Source: Lama guanicoe
Taxonomy: Eukaryota
NCBI GenBank assembly: GCA_013239625.1
Contig: MU053881.1
Coordinates: forward strand, 1,178,001-1,242,000
DNA length: 64,000 nucleotides
Reading direction: 5' to 3'
The translations under genes were made by a program, and so were the position numbers. Under the pieces are notes generated by a model. The model was given only the letters and a program-made list of their open reading frames with translations. It ran no database searches and was not told the origin of the DNA. Positions 22,101-43,405 of the stretch are shown here, piece after piece. The stretch's first letter is position 1. Each line of letters opens with the position of its first letter.

Positions 22101-22379
22101 TGTTTTTATGTTCTTCATTTTGCAAATGTTTTGACAAGGATTTTTGTATCTGTGCTTCTTGGTTTGGCTGGAAATTTTCTTTCTGGTCCTCGTGATGGAT
22201 TAGTCTCATAAAACATATTGTAAGATGTTTTCTTTTTTTCTATTCTGAATCGTTTTAGGAAGAGTATGTGCTGCTGCAATGCGTACTTCTGCATGATGGA
22301 TTAGTCCGGTGTGACGGGCAAGGTGTCTTGGTTTGTGTGAGAATTTTTTTCCCTAGCACATTAATATTTTACACTTCAA

Positions 22380-22786
22380 TAAGCCAGAAAGAGAAAGAAA
22401 AATATCATATGATACCAGTCATATGTGGAATCTAAAAAAAAGAAAAGAAAAAGAAATAAGAGGACACTAATGAACTCATCTACAAAACAGAAAGACTCGC
22501 AGACATAGTAAACAATCATACGGTTACCGGGGGAAAGGGGGTAAGAAGGCATAAATCTGGGAGTTTGAGATTGCAAGTGATAAACACTATATATAAAAAT
22601 AGATTTAAAAAATTACTTCTGTATAGTGCAGGGAAGTATATTCAATATCTTGCAACAAACTTTAATGAAAAAGAATGTGAAAACGAATATATGTATGTAT
22701 ATGCATGACTGGGACGTTGTGCTGTGCACTAGAAATTGACACATTCTAACTGACTGTACTTCAATTTAAAAAATGAAATAAAATAA
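22380..22786 (+). mobile_element. 5'-truncated young L1 3' end
   Basis: TSD ATTTTACACTTCAA at 22366-22379 and 22787-22800; A-rich tail; highly similar to 46280-46900. Confidence 0.85.
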
Positions 22787-23017
22787 ATTTTACACTTCAA
22801 GTAAGGGGATCTGAATGCAAGTAAAACCAACACAGCTGAGAGCATACGGTTGGAGAAAACGGGACTGTTTCCCATACCCCTTCGACTCCCATAATCTCTC
22901 CTAGTTCATCGTGGCCCTCTGCTTTCTCTCTCAGAAACACTTCTGCGTGGTCTTCCTAACTCAGTGGCATCAACCCTTATCCAGAGTACTTTCACCTTTC
23001 TTAATAGGAGACATTCT

Positions 23018-23065
23018 TTCTCTCTCTCTCTTTCTCTCCCCCTCTCTCTTTCTCTCTCTCTCTCG
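23018..23065. repeat. (TC)n-rich microsatellite
   Basis: Imperfect TC dinucleotide run. Confidence 0.8.
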
Positions 23066-23305
23066 GCCTCCAGCTGGTCCAACAGACCCCAAATCAAACC
23101 TACTGGTTGGGGTTCCTGACCTAAGTTGGTACTAAGAACGGGAATCCCATTCACACAAGCGGCTAGGGCCTGCGTGCCCGCCTGGCCCCGTCCCTGAGGC
23201 TGGCCCCAGAGCTCGGCCATGACCGCTCCTGCCACAGCAGCACAGTTGAATCACTGCAGCAGAGACTGGACGGCCTGCGAGGCTGGAAATACTTATCAAC
23301 CGGAC

Positions 23306-23755
23306 TGTATTAGTTTTCTATCGCTGCTGTAACAAATCGCCACAAATTTGGTTATTTAAAACAACACGAGCGTATTTGCTCACAGCGCTCTAAAATCAAT
23401 TTCACTGGGTCAAAATCAAGGTGCCAGAAGACCTGCAGACCTGGAGGCTCTAGGGGACCATCCGTTTCCTTGTCTGTTCCAGGTCTTGGGGCCGCATTCC
23501 CGGGCTTGTGGCTCCTTTCTGCATCTTTAGAGCCAGCACTGAGTATTTCAGATCTCTCCCTTCTTCCATCTTCACACTGCCTTCTCTCTCATAAAGACTT
23601 TTATGAATACATGGGGCCCGCCAGTTTAATCTAGCGTCATCTCTTCATCTCAAAATCCTTAATTTAATCACATCTGCAAAGTTCTCTCTGCCATATAAGG
23701 TAACATTCACAGGTCCTGGGGATTAGGACTTGACCAGATTGGCGAGGGGGCCTAT
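23306..23755 (-). mobile_element. MaLR LTR (MLT1-like)
   Basis: TGTATTAGTTTTCTATCGCTGCTGTAACAAAT...TAATCACATCTGCAAAG...GGATTAGGAC. Confidence 0.75.
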
Positions 23756-23779
23756 CATATGGCTCTTAAAAAAAAAGTT

Positions 23780-24095
23780 GTTTGCCAGACTCACAGCATA
23801 TAACAAACTTATGGTTATGAAAGGGGGTGGGGGAGGGATAAATCAGGAGTTTGGGATTAGCAGATACAAACTACTAGATAAAATAAACAGCAAGATCCTA
23901 CTGCAGAGCACAGGGAACTATATGCAACATCCTATAATAAACCATAATGGAAAAGAATATGAAATAGAATATACATACATATATATACACATATGTATAC
24001 ACACACACATATATGTATGTATATATCCGAATCACTTTGCTGTAACCAGAAACTAACATGACATTGTAAATCAACTCTACTTCAATTAAAAAAAA
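23780..24095 (+). mobile_element. L1 3' end with internal (TA/CA)n repeat
   Basis: GGGATAAATCAGGAGTTTGGGATTAGCAGATACAAACTACTA...ACTTCAATTAAAAAAAA. Confidence 0.8.
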
Positions 24096-24544
24096 TTGTT
24101 TGCTATGATCATACACTGACACTGTGTGTTATGGAGAAAATTCCATTAAATCTAAGTTCCATTAAATAAAAAAATTTTTTTCTTGACCCCTGTTCCACAC
24201 TGTATGTGAGATAACGTCCCTCAGATTCATTCTATGGCTTTCTTCACTTTGATTTCTCTTAATTTTGAAGAAAATGGGTATTTTGGTTAAAGACTTTGCT
24301 ATTAAAAACAGCAACAATTAGGCAGTATCTCTCAATGAATACCCTGATATTTAGCAAATAGGCCCTTGAAAATGGACAGTTGCTCAAATATATATCACAC
24401 CTGAATAACATTACTGAGTCCGCAGTGTCAGATCCTCAGCTCAGGCTGCCTCCACTCACCTCATAACCCGTGTGAAGAGTTATTATTATCCCAAAGCAAA
24501 GGGCTGGCAGCCTTGGGAGAAAGCTCATTTGCAAAGTTTTTTGA

Positions 24545-24932
24545 TGTGTTATGAGCTGATTTCATATATTGAAGCCCTAATCTCCAATACCTTAGAATGT
24601 GACTTTATTTGGAGACAGGTCTTTACAGAGGTAATCCAGGGGAAATTAAGTCATAAGGGCGGGCCCTAATCCAGCATGATTGGCGTCTTTATAAGAAGCA
24701 GCTTGGGACGTGCAGATGGAAGACGATGTGGAGACACAGGGAGAAGATAGCCATCTAGAAGCCAAGGAGAGAGAATGGGGCAGAGCCTTCCCTCACCGCC
24801 CCCAGGAGGAACCAACCCTGCTGACGCCTTGATTTCAGACTTCCAGGCTCCAGAACTGTGAGACAATAAAGCCTGTTGTTTAGGTCACTAAATCTGTGGT
24901 GCTCTGTTATGGCAGCCCTAGTAAATTAATAG
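24545..24932 (+). mobile_element. MaLR LTR (MLT1B/C-like)
   Basis: GAATGTGACTTTATTTGGAGACAGG...CAGAACTGTGAGACAATAAA...TGTTATGGCAGCCCTAG. Confidence 0.75.
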
Positions 24933-25209
24933 ATGCGGTGAGAGACTCTTGCTTCCAGAGGAATTCCGGAGTTGGAATTCCCCAAGAATCAAAAAAACCA
25001 CATGTTCAAAATAAACAAGTTGTAATTTCTGTAGCACTCTCTTCCCTTCCTGTCAAGATTACAAGAGGGGAGGAATGCATGGTTAGAAAGATGCACACCA
25101 ACTGCTGTCACCTGCATAACCCAGGGGGTAATAGCCTAGTTCCAAGTTAGCCTGACTTGGCTTTACTATCCCAGCTCTGTAACTTACCCTAATGCTTGTG
25201 TAACGCTGG

Positions 25210-25395
25210 TGAGATAGGAGGAACGGGGCAGGGCACAACCATGAAAATAATGACACAGCAACTGAGAAATGTAATTGGTTAGAACCAAGATGGCGGAAGA
25301 TTCGACTTCCAGCAGACCTTGAGCTACATGGCACATCCACAGGCGCCATGACAATTTCCAGGCTGACCATAAAAGGTCAAAAAGTGACCTTTGCA
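25210..25395 (+). mobile_element. 3'-truncated ERV1-type LTR fragment
   Basis: TGAGATAGGAGG start; ACCAAGATGGCGG (YY1 motif 25287-25296); GCGCCATGACA; no LTR 3' half visible. Confidence 0.5.
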
Positions 25396-26729
25396 ATGTC
25401 AAGCTTGGGCTCCGTTAGGGTGGATTAGGGCAGTGGATGGGGCACTTAGCTGGTGCCCCGTTCTTTCCCACTTGTAAAGTGGGTAAAGGCCAAGCCAGAC
25501 CTCCTGATGCATGGCTTCTACCAGGGACAGGTGCCTGGGCATTTCTGAAAACAGAGACCCTCGGGGGCTTTGGATGTGGTGAGGGAAGAGAGAAGGGCGA
25601 CATGGGGCTTTTGTTTGCACCCTCTGCCAGCTTTGCCCAAATCCCCGCGGCCGCCCTAATCCACCCTCTCTAATGGAGCCCAAGCCGGCTCAGGCCCCCT
25701 TAGCACGGGCCTGCTAATCCCTGGGGCTGGGAGCTCACCACCTGTCTCCAGGATGCACTTCGCTCTCAGCATCAGCAAGGCAAATCCAGGGCCCTAGATG
25801 GGGGTGATGGTAAGAGCATCTTTTGGCCAGTCCCCCTCATCTTGGCCTGAAACATGAGATGGGGAAACTCAGGTACAGGGAGCCTCCCAGGGCTCTTCAC
25901 TGCTTCAGACCCCAGCGCCCAGGAAGTCTTTCTACACCACTAGAGGAACAATTCCTCAGGACTCCATCATCCGATGCAAGAGGTGGGGGTGGGAGCTGCA
26001 GGGTGAGTCAGCCCTGTCCCTGCCCTCCTTCAAAGGCAGTGAGAGCTGGTCGTCGTCTCCCAGCAACCTGGGTACAAATCCTGATACTGACACATGTCAA
26101 CTGTGTGACCTTGGGTGAGTCACTTAACTCCTTGAGGTCTCCATTTCCGCATCTGCAAAATGGGGCTGATGGTAGCAGTCTCTTCTCTGCGGGGTTGTGC
26201 TTGTGTTAAGCAGAGTCCTTGCTAATATTAAAAGTCTGCTTGCTCACGCCTCCTTCGTGCTCAGCCCTGTTCTCCCTTCTCCCGTCCAAGGGCATTCAGT
26301 TCGCTCACCCTGTGCTCCTTCCTCCCTCCACTCACTGGTTTCCTGCAGGGTTTTGCAAGGGGAAAGTTGAGAAGTACCTTAGGCAGCTGGAGCCAAGACA
26401 CTGGTGGCTAGGAAAGAGAGGAGAGACAGAAAAAGGGTAAGAGACAGAGAGACAGTGAGAGAAGGAGACACTGACAGAGAGAGAAAGAGAAGAGAGAGAA
26501 AAAGGAGAGGGTGGGTGGAGAAAGCCAGAGACAGAGAGACAGGGAGAGACCAGGAGACAGAGAAGGACAGAGTATGGGTGTCAGACACATATCCAAAGAC
26601 AGGAAAGAAACGGACCCAGGCAGAAGGAGAGGGAGCGAAAGGAGATATGGAGAGGGCCAGTTCTGCGCACACCCCTTGCTCAGGAGGGGTCTCCGCCCTT
26701 AGGGCGGCCTCTCATCCCTTCCCCAGAAT

Positions 26730-26803
26730 CCTTAAATCCTCTCTCCCTCAGGGCGCTCTGCATCTGTCACTGCCCTGTCCTGGACCGACAGCGGCTGGCG
26801 CAG
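26730..26803 (+). promoter_or_regulatory. GRM6: GRM6 core promoter and probable non-coding exon 1
   Basis: TATA-like CTTAAAT at ~26731; strong donor CAG|gtgagt at 26803; acceptor ctctcccccgcag ending at 27123, 12 nt before the ATG; CpG-rich region ~26780-27700. Confidence 0.6.
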
Positions 26804-26841
26804 GTGAGTGTGGCCACAAATGACGCCCAGGTGTGCACTGA

Positions 26842-37338
<10,497 letters not shown>

Positions 37339-38139
37339 CTAGTTGGCGGGGGGTGAATGGGACGATTGCTCCCCTTCCTCTGCTGTTTCCTTTCCCTCAC
37401 TTCGTGGTGGAAGCTGCGAAGACCCAGGTCTGCAGTGAGCCACGGGGGAGGGGTCTGGGGCGGGGCGGGGCGGGGCCCACAGAGGCCACGCCCAGCAGGG
37501 TGGCGCTGGCCTTCCGAAAGGCCTGGGCTCACCCGCCACGTCTAAGCCCTGTTGTCCTGTACGTGTTGGCTTCGTTGTCCTCACTGCAAACCAGACACAA
37601 CACTCGTGATGGGAAACGGCCACCGAGAGTCCCTGCTCTGGAGAGGAACTAAGCTTACCCTCACTGGTTTGACGTTCAGAGATCGCGATGAAACCCCGAG
37701 CTTGGCCCAGTGGGAGCGGACTTCCTCTCCTCCACCAACCCCCGGAATCTGGGGACTGAGCAGCACGTGAGCATGTGTAGACCCCAGAATGAAACACAGG
37801 ACTGGAGTCAGGGAGGCACGGTTTCCACCAGGGCTCTGTGGGTCTGCGTTTCGGATGAGTACATATTTTGCTGGTGCAGAGGGAAGGGGCCTTGGGTGAG
37901 AGCCCCTGAGAGAGGTTGGGCCCACTCAGGACGGGGGCGGGTGGGGGGCGAGCAGAGGGAACTGGGGCTCCCCCACGAGGGTATTTGTGTCAAAACCTTC
38001 TCCTCCAGGGCTTTTCTCCTGGGATCTGGGGGACGCCACACTTGGAGTACAGTTTTTTTCCTTTCTCGTGTGTACTCCCTTAAATGAACCCTCAATTTCA
38101 AGAAAATCAGATACACCTTTGTGGTGTTAGTGGCGTCAG

Positions 38140-38145
38140 AATAAA
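38140..38145 (+). terminator. Candidate proximal GRM6 poly(A) signal AATAAA; further ones at 39838-39843 and 40295-40300
   Basis: First AATAAA I found after the stop codon, followed by GT/T-rich sequence. Confidence 0.45.
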
Positions 38146-38389
38146 CTAACAAGCATTGTGTTCTCCTTCCTCTGATGCCTTTGAGGGATGGTGTTCATGA
38201 GCTCCAGGCTGGGGCCAGTGACAGAGAGAGCTGGGTCCATGGAGAAGATCAATTCCAAATGGATAAATTAGGATGAATATCCAAACTCTTCTCTCCCAGT
38301 ATTTACTGGGCGGTTCCCTTTGAAAGGCAAGCATGAGGAATAGGGAGCAAGATGCTTTGACTTCAGATGCATCTTTTAGGAAAATTTTG

Positions 38390-40500
38390 TTTTACAAAGA
38401 GCTTGGTTTACGTTACGGAATTTTATTTCCCTGGGGTAGAATTTAAATTTGCTAAATTGACTCTTTTTATTTATCAGTATGAATTCTCTAGTATCTAATG
38501 TCTGGCTCTGATTTTGAAGGTCAACCACACTTGGTACAACACGGAGACTCTTCCCTAGACAGAGCCTCTGCGTAATACACTGACCTTGGGACTGACTGCT
38601 TCTGCGTTCTTTAATAGGGCTTCTCCTCAGAATAATGTTTTTGGTGTACACATTCTCCTTCCTCACATTTGTTGCATTCCTAGCAATTCTCCGAAATTAT
38701 GAATTTTCATGTATTGTGAATGCTCACCCAAATTCATTATTTCATGGGGCTTCTCTCCTGTGTGAGTTTTCTGTTATATAATGAGGTGTGTTTTCTTGCT
38801 GATGGCTTTTCCACATTCGTGCTTTTATAGGGTTTTTCTCCTACACTAATTCTTAGAGAGCTGTGAGCTCTGATCTCCAGGTGAAGGTTTTCCTGTATTT
38901 GCTGTTTTCCTGGTGTTTCTCCCAGTATGAATTCTCTGATGTGCAGTGAGTCTTGACTTCCAGTTGAAAACCTTTCCACAGTCTTTACATTTTTGTGGTT
39001 TTCCCCGCTCTGAACCCTATGACTTAGAGTTCCAATGATTTCTTTTTTAAAAAAAATAGAACCATTATTTATTATTCACATACTGATTTCTTTTTTTTTC
39101 TCCTGTTCATTTTTTACTACAAATCCTCACAACATTGTTCCCAAGTTCTTCTCTTAAGGTTTCTTTAGAGTTTAGGATTTGAACTTTTAAAAAAATTTTA
39201 TTGAGTTATAGTCAGTTTATAATGTTGTGTCAATTTCCAGTGTAGAGCACAATTTTTTAGTTATACGTGAACACACGTATATTCATTGTCACATTTTCGC
39301 TGTGAGCTGCCACAAGATCTTGTATACATATTCCCTCTGCTATCAGTATAATCTTGTTTATCTATAGTGTTCCAATGATTTCTTAGTAAAAGCTTTTCCA
39401 CACTGAGAGGATTTCTCCCCATGTGAAGTTTCTGACTTAGATTCCTGGCTTGCAGCTGAAGACTTTCACACACCTCCACATTCATTCCGACCTGTCTCTC
39501 TGATGTGGATTCTTCGATGCATAGTAAGTTCTGTCTTCTTCCTGGCCTCCTCTCATTCAGTCGTCTTATAGAAAGTCTTCACGGCATGCGCCATTTTGTG
39601 TGTGGTGGGGCATCCTTTATTGTTAAAGGTGTTATCATATTTCTGAAGTCTCTAATGTGTACCAAGGTCTGGCTCCGGGAAGAGGGCTTCCCCACGTTCA
39701 GTATGTACATAAGGTCTCACTCTGGGATCAATTCTTCGACGTCCATTGGGGGCTGACAACTCCCTGAAGGTTTTTCCTTGTTATTTGCCTACATAGTTTG
39801 CCTTCTCCGATGCCCAGTCAATCAATTTGAACCCCTGAATAAAGATTTTTCCTTAAATTTGTGGAATTTATCAGGCATTCTGCCTGGGTGGCTCCTTTTC
39901 TGTTAAGTAAGAGCCGGGCTGTACCCGCAGCCTCTCCTGCATTCACTGCCCTCGAATGATTTCTCTGCAGTGTGGGCTATACGTCCCAGTGAAAGTGGGG
40001 TTCCTTTGGAGACTCCTGCACACTGCAGTCACAGTACCCCCTCCAGTGGGAGTTCTCTCAAGCAGAGTCCGGGTTCATTCTGACACAAGCTTTTACTCAC
40101 TGTGAGCATTGTGCCGAGACTCGTATAGGAGGGGTCTTTATATGAATTATATTCTTAGATGTTTTCACTAGTGTGATTATTTGGGGACACATTTTATTAC
40201 AACTTTGTCACATTTATTATGTTTTGTACTCTTTGGAAATTTCTCCCAAATTCATTAGTCGTTGTAGCTCACTTGACTCAGTAACTTCTTGTTAAATAAA
40301 CGTGACTTTTCCCGAAAGTTGGACTTGGGTTTCCTGTTGCTTTTGTATGTTGTCATTGATTTGCAAGACTCTTTCTAAAGTGGAAGAAGATGCATAATTC
40401 CAAGTGAAACTTTCCACCATCATTTTATAGAATGAAGGGTCTTCAGGAATCCTTTGATATATCGATGTCTTTGCCTCTAAATGTGAAAAATTCCCAAGCA
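38390..40500 (-). pseudogene. Decayed KRAB-ZNF terminal exon (linker plus degenerate C2H2 fingers)
   Basis: Linker-like peptide LEAKTSIYQRIPEDPSF...QKQQETQVQLSGKVTFI (40482-40295); one intact finger [28 protein letters not shown] (~39004-38922); GEKPY and HTGEKP remnants with stops and frameshifts; interrupted by an L1 insertion. Confidence 0.8.
39045..39368 (-). mobile_element. L1 insertion within the ZNF pseudogene
   Basis: Perfect 16-bp TSD GTTCCAATGATTTCTT at 39029-39044 and 39369-39384; L1 3' end at ~39190-39368. Confidence 0.8.
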
Positions 40501-40824
40501 TAAATTTGTCCCACTCTTTTGGGCTTTGAGGGAGGAATCTGCTCCTGAGGGGAGAGCAGAGTAGTGACAGCTATGACCAGTAGGCTGGGACTTTCAGAGG
40601 TGACCTTTCAGTCTGTGGAGCAAAGAGGAAGAACCAAGATAGGATACAGCTCTGAAGGGGAAAACTGAGCGAGAGGACTGGATGGAAAAGGCTGACAAGG
40701 GTGCAGAGAGGCACTTATGGTGAAGGGACAGAGTGTGGACGTTTATATGTATTATATACATATTATATACAATATTGTTATTATATATAATATATTATTA
40801 TACATATGGCTAAGCCAAGTCCAC

Positions 40825-40960
40825 TTTCTTTTTTAAAAAATATTTTATTTTATTTTACTGGGGGGTATTTATTTACTTTCAGTGGAGGTACTGGGGATTG
40901 AACCCAGGACCTCATGCATGCTAAGCATGTGCTCTACCACTTGAGCTATACTTTCCACCC
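40825..40960 (-). mobile_element. Vic-1-like SINE
   Basis: Reverse complement of the same consensus. Confidence 0.85.
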
Positions 40961-41699
40961 TGGGTGTGGACATTTTAAGCTTCATCACTTCATTCATGGA
41001 TTACTATTGCAGGACACTAGCTAGACTTCCTAATTCGTATATCTTTCCCCTCTCATCCCACACTCATCCAATATTAAAATCATCATTCCAGGGCACTGGG
41101 TCCCCACATTTATAGGAACATGGCTGTGGTCCTGCCCTCTCCCAGCACCTGCATCATATTTACCTGCAGACTCAGAAGCAGAAATCGCAGGAAGGGTGCA
41201 CTAGTCTAGAGGATCGTGGCCCCAGGCACCAGCCACTGATACCCTCTGACGGGTCAGGCATCATTAGGTTATTCCACCAGAGCTCTTGAATTTTGAATTT
41301 ACCTGTAGTATCAATTCCTGAGTTATTCTGATTTGCCAGACAGAGAAATTTTCCCAGATCCACAGACCTTGTCTTGCTCCTGCCACTGGATACTTCATTC
41401 AGTCAGCTTCCACATCTTGAAACTGCACAGCACTGAGGTTAAGACTTATTGAGATCAGTTCCAGCTCTGCCACTTCCTGGCTGGGTGAGCTTGGGTGAGA
41501 TAATTAGCCTCTCTCACAGCCAGTCACCTTAGTGATCCCTGCAGAGATGCCCAAATCATTGACCCCATTTACCTACCATGGACCCTCCCAGTCCTACCAG
41601 TCACTGTCCACACAGATCCCACCCATTAAGCAAAGTCCTCAGCTGACCAGTCCCAACACCCCATCTCAGACCCATTGGCCCCTGTTCACTGACCCCCAC

Positions 41700-42960
41700 A
41701 GACTGCTTGTTCATTGTTCCAGCAAGTACCATTGGGTGCTTTCTCTGTGCTAAGCACCTGGGATACATCAGTCTATGAAATAGACAAAGACTGTTTCCTT
41801 CACAGAACTTACATCCTAGTGGTGGAAACAAACAATAAACAATATAGAAAACAAATAAATTACATAATATGTTAGAAGGTGATGAAGTGCTGTGGAAAAA
41901 AGAAAACAGAGCAGGGTAAGTAGAATGGGGATGGCTCAAGGGGACGGGCTGCAATTTAAATAAAGTGGTTTAGTGTGGGCTTCCTTGAGAAGGTGGAGCT
42001 GGAAGGAAGTGGGAAGCGAGCCATGGGATTATCCAGGGGAAGAAGGGCCTAGTGGATGGAGCAGCCAGTGCAGAGGCCCTAGGGCAAGGGCACACCTGTG
42101 TATCTGAGGACCCAGCAAAGAGGCTGGAGTGGTTGGAGCAGGGTGAGGGGAGGAGCCAACGTGGGAAGGTAGGTGAGCTGTGTCAGTCAGGTTCTCCAGA
42201 GAAACAGAACCAACAGAACATGCTGCTTTCTCTGGAGAACACTGATAGATTAGATGGGTAGACAGAGATATAGAGAACATACAGTATGCAGAGATAAAGG
42301 ATAGAAAGGTTGACAGATACAGAGATCTAGCTCCTATGCAGATACTATCTATCTATCTATCTATCTATCTAGTCTATAGTCAATAAGATACATATACACG
42401 CATAATGTCAAGACATATATTTTAAGAAATTGGCTCTCATGATTGTGGGGGTTGGCAAATCTGAAATCTGTAGGGCAGGCAGTATGCTGGAAGCTCAGGC
42501 AGGAGTTGATGCTGTAGCCTTGAGGCAGAATTACTTCTCCCCCTAGAAACCTGGATTTTTGCTCCCAGGGCCTTCAACTGATTAGACGAGGCCCACCTAC
42601 ATTATTGAGGATACTTACTTCTCTACCTTTTACTTGAAGCCAACCGACAGTAAGTGTTAACCATATCTACAAGATACTTTTATGGCAACACATTGATTAG
42701 TGTTTGGTTGAATAAGTGGGTTTATAGCCAAGAGGACTATAAAGAGGAATGCCTGGGGGTATACCATGTGGTGCCCCACAGGCCGTTATAATTATGGACT
42801 TGCTTTTATTCCAGGGGGGATGAGGAAACACTGGAGGGTTACACCGGAGGGCTGTAAGAGAGGAGTGATATGGTTAAGCTAAAAGGACCACTCTGGCTGC
42901 TGTGTTGGGAATATCTTAGAAATAAGATACTAAGGTACTGTCATGATACTGTCATGCATG
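41700..42960 (+). mobile_element. L2 relic interrupted by an MLT2 LTR (~42181-42730, minus) containing (TATC)n at ~42345-42372
   Basis: L2-like text on both sides; TCAGTCAGGTTCTCCAGAGAAACAGAACCAA is the MLT2 terminus. Confidence 0.65.
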
Positions 42961-43237
42961 TGTCTTTTCAGAGTGTATTACATGCAGACTAGTGTGGTGG
43001 ACACATCCACTCACTGAAATAACACTGTTCTCAATCATGCGTGTACTAGCATTCTTAGAAACAGCTTTTGGTGTCACCTTATATTTTGGGGAGGGGATAA
43101 AAAGGAAGAGAGAGAAGGGGCAATCAGAGGACTCGGGTAGCTAGGGTGACAAGTTCTCCAGACTCGTGGCAGTACAGCTTAGTGGTCAAGCATCTGGTTT
43201 CTAGAATCAGAAAGACTTCACATTAAAAACCCTTCTT

Positions 43238-43405
43238 GGGGGGCAGGGTATAGCTCAGTGGTAGAGTGCCTGCCTAACATACAGAAGGTCCTGGGTTCAA
43301 TCCCCAGCATCACCACTAAAAATAAATAAGTAAATAAATAAACCTCATTACCTCCCCCAACCCAAGGGGAAAACAAAAAACAAAACAACAACAACAAAAG
43401 GAAAA
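43238..43405 (+). mobile_element. Vic-1-like SINE
   Basis: Same consensus; TSD-like AAA(A/G)CCCTTC on both sides. Confidence 0.85.

Noticed and set aside
26404..26660. Arg/Glu-rich ORF
   Set aside because: Translation of an AG-rich low-complexity tract in the GRM6 promoter.
40480..40547. Pseudogene exon used as an alternative ZNF454 terminal coding exon via the CAG at 40547-40545
   Set aside because: In phase with KRAB-B it reaches TAG after about 22 codons, and nothing indicates it is used.
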